Below are positions 21,701 to 31,070 of a DNA stretch of 64,000 nt, piece after piece (position 1 is the stretch's first letter; every line of letters begins with the position of its first letter). The notes under the pieces are model-generated. The model saw only the letters and a program-made list of their open reading frames with translations, did not search any database and had not been told where the DNA came from. Made by a program: the position numbers and the translations under genes. The stretch is from an uncultured bacterium (GTDB lineage Bacteria; UBP4; UBA4092): assembly GCA_964644695.1 (NCBI GenBank), contig CAZXWN010000009.1, forward strand, positions 1-64,000, written 5' to 3'.

Positions 21701-22545
21701 CCAACTTGTTGCGGGATACCTTCCGGCAGGGTGAAGTGATGGCTCGAATTGGGGGCGATGAATTTACGGTCCTGTTGCCGGAGGCTACCATGGATTCTCT
21801 CGGGAACATTGTCCAGAGAATTAGGGAAAAACTTCATGATTACAATCAAATGAATCCTGAACTGCCGATGAGTATTTCGATTGGTTTGGCCGCCGGTTCA
21901 GAATCCGACTTTAGTGTTAATGAACTGTTCCGTCAGGCCGATAATAATATGTACCGAGATAAACTTCGACATCGGCAAAGTAGCCGGAGCTCTATTGTCC
22001 AGACTCTGATGAAAGCGCTTGAAACACGAGACTTTTTGACCAAGGGCCATGCCGACCGGTTACAGAATCTGGCGGTGGCGATGGCTCGTGAACTGGGATT
22101 TGCAGAAAATCAGATTAATGACCTGGTTCTATTTACAGAATTCCATGACATCGGCAAAGTAGGTGTCCCAGACCGGATATTATTCAAACCAGGCCCGTTG
22201 AATCAAGAAGAAATGGCGGAGATGCAGCGGCATTGTGAGATGGGTTACCGGATCGCCCTGGCCTCTCCGGATTTAACTCCGATTGCAGACTGGATTCTCA
22301 AACATCAGGAATGGTGGAATGGTCAGGGATATCCTCTGGGTTTATTGGGTGAACAGATTCCATTGGAATGTCGGATTCTGTCGATTGTGGATGCCTATGA
22401 TGCCATGGTTAGTGATCGCCCCTATCGAAAAGGAATCCCTCACGAAAAGGCGGTCCAGGAATTGAAGATGTTCTCAGGAACTCAATTTGACCCCTCCTTA
22501 ATCGAATTGTTCCTGAATATCATTGACGAACATCGGACTAACTAA
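18787..22545 (+). CDS. Membrane-bound multi-PAS/GAF diguanylate cyclase with C-terminal HD-GYP domain
   Basis: Two TMs around a Cache-like region, four PAS/PAC (DITE, DISE, DITT, DITD), GAF, HDSLTGLYNR...ARIGGDEF, then FHDIGK and HQEWWNGQGYP. Confidence 0.93.
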   Translation: MRSKYSTLLLCIVISLFIIGLFSAWQIGEADKNFRALLLQQSKKMAKTLDLKQVSALTGTTIDLNRPEYQEIKRQLAFARHAYLRYRFISLMGKDDKGNFIILVDSESPNSKDYSPPGDIYYEADSDLQNAFLKGKSLINKMPIKDRWGSWISSFVPLKDPATGKILAVLVIDIPASGWYETIIRHSALKISLGALILVLGFLLFIQWNNNRLVKKQNQELIESENRLRSYLLNAPMSVFILDDCENFLEVNPESMHLTGYTIDELKKMCISDLLAPEIKSIDSVVLRDVVRTGKGYGEMPFIRKDGSRRLVFAAAVRLSEWRYLAFVQDITEQKAAEIQLKHIQSVKEILISLSGKLVSASASELDDVIRTTLSEAGSLFKVDRSIMFHFDWDLGLMGITHEWCSEGSSPNIQSLQNMPMDKYIGLINTVKSVPYIHIPDVSQLPDLWSPVKDLWNALNVVSILIVPMTENDKAIGFIAFVSVGKKRVWLEDEIELLKLMAVNIRRAISRIRVEQALVESERNYREIFNSTNEAIFIDDKNGRMIDVNDTMIKMYGYDSKEEVLTGNIGDLSANLPPYTEEKAQEYIRKAICEGPQTFEWLAKKKDGTVFPVEMSLRKSEVAGEIRILAVGRDISERKQLERSLQDYMQSLKESEERLRTLMNSMPDIVCFKDEQGRWLEANEYDLRLFQIEHVDYRGKKDSELAACSEFYRDAFMACEQSDEITWQTRGICRGEEKIPCPDGSAKIFDIIKLPLFNEDGSRKGLVVVGRDITTRKLAAEALQQSEEHYRSLVEHMVEGMGILTFNGKILFFNLSAVRIFGFNSVEEADLAKKEISDLIDSASLPQLSLDVKRVHNGEDVSAQYRFNRPDGELGWLEVSGTKIRYLDQDAILVLFHDITDRKRAEDQAKYLSLHDSLTGLYNRTYFEEEMNRLQQYRHSTMGIIVFDVDGLKLINDTLGHTAGDNLLLAVSNLLRDTFRQGEVMARIGGDEFTVLLPEATMDSLGNIVQRIREKLHDYNQMNPELPMSISIGLAAGSESDFSVNELFRQADNNMYRDKLRHRQSSRSSIVQTLMKALETRDFLTKGHADRLQNLAVAMARELGFAENQINDLVLFTEFHDIGKVGVPDRILFKPGPLNQEEMAEMQRHCEMGYRIALASPDLTPIADWILKHQEWWNGQGYPLGLLGEQIPLECRILSIVDAYDAMVSDRPYRKGIPHEKAVQELKMFSGTQFDPSLIELFLNIIDEHRTN

Positions 22546-22604
22546 TTTGTAATATTATTCCTAAGTATGAAAGTATTCTATTTATTGAATTGGAACCGAT
22601 GTGG

Positions 22605-23501
22605 TTACCATGTCTTTCCATTTTTCATGTAGTAAGTATTTGTGATTTTTGAAAGTTTTGATATAAACAGCTCAGGCTCATTATCAATTCCTCCATAAGT
22701 ACTTAAAATGTCTTTTGTAAATATACAAATCACAATTGTATGATTATAGTGTCTGACAAACCCTATATCGTTGTAGAAATCATCTTTCAGATTCGTTACG
22801 TGTACAACATCATTCTTGTTGATATATCTGGCTATCCGGGTTTTAGAGTTTTCTTTTGATAGAAGGCCCTCAATCTCACAGCAACTGGCTTTGTCTATTA
22901 TCTGGCGAGAAATTATTTTTTCTAGAAGGAGTCCCATATCTTCCGGTGTTGTATATCCAATGCTAAAAGAGGTCGTATCAGACAAACTTCTGAGGGGCAT
23001 TTTCCCTGCAATTCGAGTGTTTCTTAAACCAATTGATTTCATTCTTTGATTTATATTATCAATCCCGAGAATATCTACTAACTGATTAAAAGCGGTACCG
23101 TCCTGTGTCAGTAACATGATTTGGGCTAAATCTTTTATTCTAATAGGAGTGCGTTCATCCCATCCCTCCAGAAAACCTCCATCGTCAACAATGTTACTCT
23201 GATTGATATGAACCTCATTTTCAAGGTTTATTCTCTTTTCATAATGTTGATAATATAACTCGACCAGCACTATAAACCGAGCACATCCACCTGCTGGAAA
23301 AATCTCTTTGGGTCGATGATAATAGCCCTGGCCACTTCGCAATGATTTAACGTAAACGCCGGCGTTTCCCCTGAAACAGTTGATTTCCTCTTCCATCCTG
23401 TTTTGATATATATCATGATGGGAAGGTTTTGTAACTATTATTGAATAGATGGTTAGTATTAACGTGATGACGATAAACAGAGCCCTTTTATATGTGCGCA
23501 T
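22605..23501 (-). CDS. Class A beta-lactamase-fold protein with degenerate catalytic motifs
   Basis: Recognisable scaffold (AGVYVKSL, IFPAG, TTPEDMGLLL, NDIGFV), but SxxK, SDN and KTG are replaced. N-terminal TM. Start uncertain (23501 or 23510). Confidence 0.7.
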   Translation of the reverse strand: MRTYKRALFIVITLILTIYSIIVTKPSHHDIYQNRMEEEINCFRGNAGVYVKSLRSGQGYYHRPKEIFPAGGCARFIVLVELYYQHYEKRINLENEVHINQSNIVDDGGFLEGWDERTPIRIKDLAQIMLLTQDGTAFNQLVDILGIDNINQRMKSIGLRNTRIAGKMPLRSLSDTTSFSIGYTTPEDMGLLLEKIISRQIIDKASCCEIEGLLSKENSKTRIARYINKNDVVHVTNLKDDFYNDIGFVRHYNHTIVICIFTKDILSTYGGIDNEPELFISKLSKITNTYYMKNGKTW

Positions 23502-24771
23502 CAATATCATCCTTATGTAAAATCCATAGTATGGCAAACCCCAGCCATACCATCGCATTAAGTAATATTGACCCTAGATATTCATCACCAATCCCTAAAA
23601 AGCAGAAGGCTAAAATTGAAACGACCCAACCCATTTGATTGATGCTCTTATGTGTCCATCCATTTTTCTTAATAGACTTTCTGGCAAGATTTATGAATGA
23701 AGCAATCATACATAAATAAAGTCCTAGGGTGATCCCACCCCATTGAAGCCATATCGCTAAATAAATATTATGTGGGTGGGGGGTGATTTCAACGTTGTAG
23801 GTCCTTCTGTACATTTGAAAAATATCATTAAAGTCACCACTGTCTACAACAACTCCAGTAAGTGGATAGTCTTTAATTATTTCGAGAGAACCTTGTAACA
23901 TAACACCTCTTGTTTTGAGAGAATAATCATGCCAGTTTACGGAAGATAGCCCTCGCTCAATGACCGTTGGAAAAAAGACGACCAAAACAAGTATCAAAGA
24001 TGTCAGTAGAATCAGGTATTTCTTTATAACCTTGGGTTTTTCCCATATTTTATAGAGACAATATCCCCCAGCCATTAAAATCAAACATAGATAAGCCGCG
24101 CGGGTATAACTTAGGAAAACAGCCAGCACGGATACTGCCAAGGTTATAAGTAAAACAGCTCTAACCCCTCTTTTAACACTGGACTTATATGAGGAAATAA
24201 TGAGTGGTATTCCCATACATAAAAAAGCCCCATATTCACCAGGATACATCAGAGTCCCTTTAATTCTGGGAATTGATTGATTGAATTGAATCCCATTATT
24301 AAAATAATAATGGCGGTCGCTGATCCACCAGGGTATGGCTGTGGGCCATAACATTCGTTCAGCGATACCAAGAATACTTTCAAGTAATATCAATAAGATA
24401 ACTATTCCAGTGATTTGTTTTAGAGGTAAATCTCCATCTATCCAGGCAATCAGTCCCAAAATAAATAGAGAGCCGGCTAATAGCTGGCTGGAGATAATGA
24501 TTGAATCATGACACCTGCCCAGGTAATTTTGTAACAATAACGAAGCGAAAAATAGAAGCACAAAATATAGTGGAACAAAAGTATCCCACTGCAGCCATTC
24601 CTTGATTCTCGATTTACTCTTAAACAGCCGATAGGTGACCCCACCCAGAATAAAACAAGGAATAACAATCGACCATACCCTGTAGAGTTCTGAAATAAAG
24701 TCCCGGGGTAAACTCCACTGTATTACCAGGCATACCAGGACTGAAAAAATTAAAATGGTGATGATTGGCAT
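23488..24771 (-). CDS. O-antigen ligase (Wzy_C) family membrane protein
   Basis: Polytopic; RIKGTLMYP, SYTRAAY, SLKTRG, YPLTG and PHPHNIYL motifs. Confidence 0.85.
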   Translation of the reverse strand: MPIITILIFSVLVCLVIQWSLPRDFISELYRVWSIVIPCFILGGVTYRLFKSKSRIKEWLQWDTFVPLYFVLLFFASLLLQNYLGRCHDSIIISSQLLAGSLFILGLIAWIDGDLPLKQITGIVILLILLESILGIAERMLWPTAIPWWISDRHYYFNNGIQFNQSIPRIKGTLMYPGEYGAFLCMGIPLIISSYKSSVKRGVRAVLLITLAVSVLAVFLSYTRAAYLCLILMAGGYCLYKIWEKPKVIKKYLILLTSLILVLVVFFPTVIERGLSSVNWHDYSLKTRGVMLQGSLEIIKDYPLTGVVVDSGDFNDIFQMYRRTYNVEITPHPHNIYLAIWLQWGGITLGLYLCMIASFINLARKSIKKNGWTHKSINQMGWVVSILAFCFLGIGDEYLGSILLNAMVWLGFAILWILHKDDIDAHI

Positions 24772-24814
24772 CAGCTCTACACAACGGTCCTCATTATTAA
24801 TAAATTGTTCATAG

Positions 24815-25810
24815 TCAATGGGCCAGCTTTCTAATTATTAAGTAAATAATCCCCACCAATAATAATATTCCTGTAAAAACACCAATAACCACTTTGATAC
24901 TCATGTGTTTGTTTTCTGGTTTTGCTTGTGTTTTTACATCAATACCTGCCAACTGCTTAACTGAATCCTCATTTATCGTTGTCGAATAGTGATACATAAA
25001 ACCATTTATTCCAAAACGATTATCGAAAACCAAATCTCCTTCTTCAAGCTTGTTCTTTAGCCATTCATATCCTTGGAAATCGTTCACTCGCATATTATGG
25101 AATTCTGTATGAGTAATATGTGTTGTATCGTTATTGCTGGTTTTAACATAATGAGTTACTCTTGTCGGGAGATAAACGCCATTATATTCTTCATAGTCCT
25201 CATAGAGGTCTTCAAAGTTAAATTTTTGGGTGAGCGTTATTCTTTTTATGATGGCATAATTATATTCTGGGGCTATATAATAGGTCGCTTTTCCATATTT
25301 CTGGTCACCCGATACTTCAAGTACATCATCTTTATAAAACATATCGTAATCAACCTTCTTGATTACCACATTACTCAGATGGAAGGATGTTTGTTTTTGA
25401 AAAAGATTTACAGGGAGAGCGTTTCCGCACGACAAAATACCTGGAGGAAAACGGTCTTTGTATTCTGAAAAATCACCCGTACGACTGAGTCCGGGATTAT
25501 ACTTTAATATTTTCTTTTTATCGGTAATATAGTTGTCAGAATTTTCAAATCCATGCCCGTCATCCTTAATAAAATAAGCACTTTCATTGGTAAATCCATA
25601 TAACTCTCCTAGAGTTCCAGTGTGGCCCTCCCAGGAAAAAGTTCCTGGCTGATAAGTAGATACCGAAACATAACCCTCATACTCAAACTGAGTTACCTTT
25701 GAATAAGCACCCCACACCTTTTTATTCAATTCTTCGTACGATGGGAGACTCTGAGCTTTAAGCAGCGAACATAAAAGAACAACTGTAATTCCCCAATAAA
25801 CTCTTTTCAT
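24815..25810 (-). CDS. Secreted hypothetical protein with C-terminal TM anchor, possibly LolA-like fold
   Basis: Signal peptide; YEDYEEYNGVYLPTRVT; C-terminal hydrophobic helix with RK tail; GGAGG RBS. Confidence 0.6.
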   Translation of the reverse strand: MKRVYWGITVVLLCSLLKAQSLPSYEELNKKVWGAYSKVTQFEYEGYVSVSTYQPGTFSWEGHTGTLGELYGFTNESAYFIKDDGHGFENSDNYITDKKKILKYNPGLSRTGDFSEYKDRFPPGILSCGNALPVNLFQKQTSFHLSNVVIKKVDYDMFYKDDVLEVSGDQKYGKATYYIAPEYNYAIIKRITLTQKFNFEDLYEDYEEYNGVYLPTRVTHYVKTSNNDTTHITHTEFHNMRVNDFQGYEWLKNKLEEGDLVFDNRFGINGFMYHYSTTINEDSVKQLAGIDVKTQAKPENKHMSIKVVIGVFTGILLLVGIIYLIIRKLAH

Positions 25811-25946
25811 TCCTTGCGCCTCCAGAAATGGGTTAATTAATAACCCTTCAAAAATATGGTCACAAAATCTTATATCGGGATTTGTTTATGAGAATAAATC
25901 ACTATCATTCCCCATCACGCCTCCTGCCAATATCATTTCTTGGTAT

Positions 25947-25975
25947 AAATTACTCTGTAGCCTAATATATGTCAA
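25947..25975 (-). promoter_or_regulatory. Sigma70-type promoter for the 22605-25810 cluster
   Basis: Minus strand TTGACA-N17-TAATTT. Confidence 0.55.
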
Positions 25976-26231
25976 CAGTTATTTTGTAAACTATGAATCA
26001 TAGATTAGTAAAATGAGATAAGAGTGTTTTGAAGAGGTTTAACTAAAGCGATGTCAGTAAGTAAGAATGTTTCCGGGCAAGTGAAAGTCTTCTGGTTATT
26101 TGAATTTATGAAATTAATAATTGGATAACACACATTTTTGCAACTGGGGAAAATTTACTGTTCTCTTTCTACGATTTCTAAATGAAAATATTGTTCCTGA
26201 CAAAAATATAGGATATTCTTCATTCACAATA

Positions 26232-26313
26232 TGGAACTGTTTTTCCCCTCTTGACACCCCTGTCCACTCCGTTTCCCCAAACGAATCAGATACGAATCGG
26301 GTGCGAACGGAGC
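26232..26313 (+). repeat. Dispersed intergenic element, copy B
   Basis: Similar to 10102-10182; ends in 11-bp units ACGAATCAGAT/ACGAATCGGGT/GCGAACGGAGC. Confidence 0.8.
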
Positions 26314-26404
26314 CTTTCGGTTAACAGGATACATAGATAAAAACGGATAAATAAAAAAGGGAACCGGAGATACCCGATTCCCTTCTGAAGAATAATCGTT
26401 GTAG

Positions 26405-27838
26405 TTAGACCCTTAGGAAGACCTTGAGGCGGGTCAGTCCATAGGTTGCCAGACAGGCTGACAAAGTCAGAAACACAGCCCAAACCGTACCAATCGGCAC
26501 GGAATTCATGGTATAAGTTTCTGAAAATTTCATCAATCCGCACAGGTGGAATATGGGATACACCAGGTGTGCCCCTGCGATATACCCCAGCATGGGATTA
26601 CTTCCGACGGCGTTGAGGAATCGAGTTCCAAATCTGGTTTTTAAGCCGTCCACTAAAATCAGGAAAAAGGATAACATGGAAACCGCCATTCCCATACTTA
26701 CAAAATAATAGGACGGAGGTGCTCCATCTTTCTTGATGCCCCCTTCCATGGGCTCTGACAGATATCCAATAATCAAAAAGAAGGTAAACCAGACAGAAAG
26801 TTGATACAGGATTTTCCCAATATGCGTGTCATTATATTTAAGCCTGCACACCAGATACTGGCAAATTGCCACCGTGAAAAGCAACCCGGACAATACATAT
26901 CGAGACTGAAGGAAACATAATCCCCCCACCGTTAAAGCCGGCAACAGAGTTAGAAATGCCCCTAAATCCAGTTTTGATAATCCAAGCCCTGATTTCGTCT
27001 CTGAACTTTCCGGGGTCCGTGTCCAATTCAACAGGAGGTCTCCAATAATGGTACCTGTGAGAACGACAATGGAATGGAAGAAGGCCCTGGGAAAGAATCC
27101 CCACTCCAGAGGCTTAAGCCAATTGGTGACCGTCTCCAGGATTGGACCGCCGGCCAGATGGTGGAACCGGATAGCAAATAGCCCTGCAATCAATGCCAGT
27201 CGCAGCATCAGATTCTTCCGGCTGACCATCCATAATAAGGATGCTGTAACATAGTCAATGGCTAATACCAGAATAATAATATCGTATTTGCTGATCGTGA
27301 ATCCAGACCCATCGGCCCGCTTCAGAGTCGCCATTAATGCCACTAAGCCTGCTAATCCTGCACCCTTGACCGCAGTTCCAATCCATTTGGGTTTCTCAGA
27401 TATCCATGGAAGGCGGCCTAAGAATAGTACCAGACATCCGAATCCTGCCAAGGTTCGATACCAAATCCAGGCATTTTCTGACGGGGGATAACCGTAACCC
27501 CAGGCACCTGCATTTCCCAGATAATACGAAAACATTAAAATCACTAATCCCCGCCATAAAACATGGCCTGTCGTCTGATACCAGGGTTGACCGGATTCCA
27601 TTCTCCGAGTCAGGGCAAAGGGTATCGCTGCACCCATGGAAAACAGGAAAAAAGGAAAAACTAAATCAACCCAAGTCAGGCCGATAATAACCTGAAAAAC
27701 CCCGTTAGCATCATGGAACTGGTCGTGATGCATCCATTGAGGCAGGGCTGCCGGTACATGGGCAGACAATATCATGGCGAAAATCGTTATACCACGGAGG
27801 ATGTCCAGAGCCTCCAGCCTTCTTGTTGTTGAAGCCAT
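26405..27838 (-). CDS. DUF5009 / HGSNAT-like membrane acyltransferase
   Basis: RLEALDILRG, LPQWMHH, TWVDLVFPFFLFSMG, EGGIKKD and GSNPMLGY motifs. Confidence 0.85.
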   Translation of the reverse strand: MASTTRRLEALDILRGITIFAMILSAHVPAALPQWMHHDQFHDANGVFQVIIGLTWVDLVFPFFLFSMGAAIPFALTRRMESGQPWYQTTGHVLWRGLVILMFSYYLGNAGAWGYGYPPSENAWIWYRTLAGFGCLVLFLGRLPWISEKPKWIGTAVKGAGLAGLVALMATLKRADGSGFTISKYDIIILVLAIDYVTASLLWMVSRKNLMLRLALIAGLFAIRFHHLAGGPILETVTNWLKPLEWGFFPRAFFHSIVVLTGTIIGDLLLNWTRTPESSETKSGLGLSKLDLGAFLTLLPALTVGGLCFLQSRYVLSGLLFTVAICQYLVCRLKYNDTHIGKILYQLSVWFTFFLIIGYLSEPMEGGIKKDGAPPSYYFVSMGMAVSMLSFFLILVDGLKTRFGTRFLNAVGSNPMLGYIAGAHLVYPIFHLCGLMKFSETYTMNSVPIGTVWAVFLTLSACLATYGLTRLKVFLRV

Positions 27839-27982
27839 ATCGTAAACCTCACAGGCACCGGTAAAACCCGTTAACCGGACCCTATTTATAATAATGAATG
27901 AGAATTCATCCTATCGGAAGCCGCCCTTTGGGTCAACCGGCAGGGGTATAATAATCCTAGATATTTGTTCCATAGGAGAATC

Positions 27983-28321
27983 ATGGCCAAAAAGAAAGAC
28001 CCATATTGGAAAAATTCCTCCGGTAAAACCCGGGTGATGATGCACACCCACCCTTCAGATGTCCCAAACGAACTGGATTTACATGGGTGTCGGGTGGAGG
28101 AAGGCTTGGAAATTCTGGATGATTATCTGGATAAGGCCTACTGTTATGGGTTATCTCCCATCCGGATTGTTCATGGACATGGTACGGGTAAACTCCGAAA
28201 AGCGGTCCGGGAACATCTTCGGCGTCATCCACAGGTTAAATCCTTTAAACCTGGGGATATTTTCTCCGGCGGTGAGGGGTGTACCGTTGTCTATTTGAAA
28301 ACCACCCCCCTGATTAACTGA
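27983..28321 (+). CDS. Stand-alone Smr (MutS2 C-terminal) domain protein
   Basis: ELDLHG, IVHGHGTGKLR, GGEGCTVV; AGGAG RBS. Confidence 0.9.
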   Translation: MAKKKDPYWKNSSGKTRVMMHTHPSDVPNELDLHGCRVEEGLEILDDYLDKAYCYGLSPIRIVHGHGTGKLRKAVREHLRRHPQVKSFKPGDIFSGGEGCTVVYLKTTPLIN

Positions 28322-28393
28322 CCAAACCACCCTCTTTAAGATTTCTTGTCATTTTTATTCCACAATCATAAATCCTAAGTCTAAAATAGATAA

Positions 28394-28402
28394 TGATATA
28401 AT
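28394..28402 (+). promoter_or_regulatory. Extended -10 promoter for the pseudopilin operon
   Basis: TGATATAAT (TGnTATAAT) about 100 nt upstream of the first pilin gene. Confidence 0.55.
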
Positions 28403-28498
28403 CCAATCTCCAACAGGGTTAAGCTTGGATACCCGTCAACCCTGAAGGGTTTGGGGTGGGTATTGGTTAACAACCTCTATGACAGTAAATAAAATTTA

Positions 28499-28960
28499 AT
28501 GATGAATATAAATAAAAAGCCATCCCAGCTTAGGCAACATCAATCAATAAAGGGCTTCATGTTGATGGAAGTCCTTGTTTCGGTGTTGATTCTAACCGTA
28601 GGGCTGATGGCTGTCCTGGGGGCTTTTTCCACCTCAGTCAAGATTATCACTGCTTCCCGGAAATACCAGACTGCTCTCCATCTGGCTGAACAAAAGATGT
28701 TTGAAATAATGAACACCCCTTTTGATGATTTGGATGATTCCGACCGGGGCGAATTTGGAGAGGATTATCCTAACTTCTCCTGGCATTATGAAGTTCAGGA
28801 GGAGTCTTCAGACTTTGAAGATACGGATACCTCCTACACCATAGACCCTGAAAAATATAGAATTTATACTGTTTCTGTATCCTATGTGGAAAAAGGAAAA
28901 ACCTTCACTCCAGTGACGATCACCACTCTTGATACAGATAACCTGCGGTATATCCTATGA
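28499..28960 (+). CDS. Type II secretion / type IV minor pseudopilin, GspI/PilV-like
   Basis: Class III signal KG|FMLMEVLV; ALHLAEQKM; order I-J-K. Confidence 0.8.
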   Translation: MMNINKKPSQLRQHQSIKGFMLMEVLVSVLILTVGLMAVLGAFSTSVKIITASRKYQTALHLAEQKMFEIMNTPFDDLDDSDRGEFGEDYPNFSWHYEVQEESSDFEDTDTSYTIDPEKYRIYTVSVSYVEKGKTFTPVTITTLDTDNLRYIL

Positions 28961-29796
28961 CCCGGCGGCGGTTTATTCCCTCCTTGCGGCAGGGGGGCTT
29001 TACACTCCTGGAAGTCCTGCTGGCGGTTTTGATTTTTACCATGATTCTCGGTGCCGTCTATGCCACTTTCCAGAGTGCGATTCGGATGTATATGACCGCC
29101 AACACAGAAAAGCGGTTTTTCCAGGAAACCCGTATGCTTCATACGATTACCCTCCGCGACTTAAGAAGTACACTGGGGATTGATGAAACCTTCTTTGATA
29201 TCCCTCCCTTCACCTGGGATACGACCTCCTCTAATTTTGCTATTCCCGATAATTACCGCAGTGATACCACCTATGTGACCGATGAAACAACCTACTCCCA
29301 AAGTCCATATCCCTTCCTGGGAACAGCTTCTACCATGAATTTCTATTCCTATTCTTGGGTTCCTCTGGGAATGATTCGGGGGATGCGTCAAGGTATCTTT
29401 GAAATATCCTATTCTATTAGTAGTAATGAATTGGTTCGGTCGGTTCACGAGATGACCGGAAGCATTAATGAAAAGGAATCCCTGGTTACGAACCTGGTCT
29501 CCTTTAAGTTTGAATATGGCTATAAAAAGCAAAGTATTATTTATTGGGTGGATACATGGGATTCCCGGCGTGATGACAACCGGACTCCCAAAACCGAAGA
29601 TGAAGAAGACGACTTCTTTGCTGAAGACAGAAAGAAGAACTTCAGAGTCTATCCCGATAATCTTCCCGATGCAGTCCGCATCAAGATGGTATTGAAAGAC
29701 CCTGACCAGCCTAAACTGGCACCAGAATCGTATGAATGGGCCTGTGAGTTGCCCTGTGCTAAGCCGACTTTCATTAAGGAGGTACAGGAAGACTGA
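28957..29796 (+). CDS. Type II secretion minor pseudopilin, GspJ-like
   Basis: GG|FTLLEVLL, DLRS, WVDTWDS, LPDAVRI; ATGA overlap. Confidence 0.8.
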   Translation: MTRRRFIPSLRQGGFTLLEVLLAVLIFTMILGAVYATFQSAIRMYMTANTEKRFFQETRMLHTITLRDLRSTLGIDETFFDIPPFTWDTTSSNFAIPDNYRSDTTYVTDETTYSQSPYPFLGTASTMNFYSYSWVPLGMIRGMRQGIFEISYSISSNELVRSVHEMTGSINEKESLVTNLVSFKFEYGYKKQSIIYWVDTWDSRRDDNRTPKTEDEEDDFFAEDRKKNFRVYPDNLPDAVRIKMVLKDPDQPKLAPESYEWACELPCAKPTFIKEVQED

Positions 29797-30929
29797 TGCC
29801 TGGACTTCTTAACCGCCGGGGTGTGATTCTGATTACCACCTTATGGATATTATTGATTCTGTCAGTGATTGCTCTCACCTTTTCTATTGAGCTGCAACTG
29901 GAGGCTCGGATTGCCCGGACTCAGATTGATGTTCATGAAGCTTATTATATTGCCCGGGGTGGGATATATCGGGCTGTCGTAGAACTGAAAAATGATGGCA
30001 TTCTGGACCATCGAGTTAGAACGGCCCCTTATGACAGCTTAGGCGATTGTTGGAATATCACCGACGATACAAGAGAAAACTTTGTTGATGTCCCTCTGGG
30101 AGATGGAACTTATACCGTTTCTGTTGTGGACGAGATGAGTAAGTTGAACCTGAATAAGGCTACTATCCGACAACTGGAAGGTCTTTTCAGGGCGCTTGAG
30201 TTTAGTGATGATGATGCTAAAACCTTTGCTGTCTCAATTGTGGATTATCGGGATGATGACACCATCTATTCTATCGACAGTTCACGGACGGAAGAAGAGT
30301 TCTATTTCAATAATACGGATACGACGGGTACGGTTGTGAATTTGAAGAATGACTTGTTCTCCAGTCCGGAAGAACTCCTCCGTATTCCCGGCATCACACC
30401 GAAAGTTCTCTTTACTAAAAGAAGTATTTATGGATATCCCGACCAAAAATATTCCATCGCTGATTTACTGACCGTTGAGGGAGACGGAAAAATAAATGTA
30501 AATACTGCCCCCCTTCCTGTCCTGGTAGCAATCCTTCTGACCTTTGAACCTAAAGGGGACATTGACCAGATCACGACCATTGCAACCAAACTGGAAGAAC
30601 ATCGCAACGGGGGGGATGGTGAGAATGGAACGACCGATGATAAACCTTATGTTAACGCTGGAGAAATCGGTCCTGACCTGGGTGCCCTTGCCGGGTATGT
30701 TGTGGGTGTAGAAGGCACCATTTATAACTATATTACGGTTTCATCCCAATTGTATCGTATCACTTCAACCGGGAAAAAAGGTCGTGCCAAATCAACGGTT
30801 CAGGCTCTCGTGAAACGGGAATGGGTCATTACTAACTTGACCGAAGAAGAAAAGGCCGATTTTGAATTGGAAAATAAAGGTGTCAAAGAAGGAATCCAAA
30901 TCCATCTCCTCCGATGGAGTGAGCAATAA
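29796..30929 (+). CDS. gspK: Type II secretion protein GspK
   Basis: RGVILITTLW (no Glu+5), DEMSKLNLN, IVDYRDDD, EELLRIPGIT, KINVNTAP. Confidence 0.88.
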   Translation: MPGLLNRRGVILITTLWILLILSVIALTFSIELQLEARIARTQIDVHEAYYIARGGIYRAVVELKNDGILDHRVRTAPYDSLGDCWNITDDTRENFVDVPLGDGTYTVSVVDEMSKLNLNKATIRQLEGLFRALEFSDDDAKTFAVSIVDYRDDDTIYSIDSSRTEEEFYFNNTDTTGTVVNLKNDLFSSPEELLRIPGITPKVLFTKRSIYGYPDQKYSIADLLTVEGDGKINVNTAPLPVLVAILLTFEPKGDIDQITTIATKLEEHRNGGDGENGTTDDKPYVNAGEIGPDLGALAGYVVGVEGTIYNYITVSSQLYRITSTGKKGRAKSTVQALVKREWVITNLTEEEKADFELENKGVKEGIQIHLLRWSEQ

Positions 30930-31070
30930 TCACTTATTTGGACCTCCCTTTTATTCGATTTTTTGAAATTACTGGCCTAAACGCTTAGAATACATAAGGT
31001 ATTTCTTCGTAATTATGAGGTCAATCAAAAACACTCCCGTATTACGGTGATGACAGAAGCGAGGAACAGC

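Noticed and set aside
30930..31070. TPP or cobalamin riboswitch ahead of the ABC transporter
   Set aside because: No consensus blocks (e.g. CTGAGA, GGGAA..GCCCCCGC) are visible.
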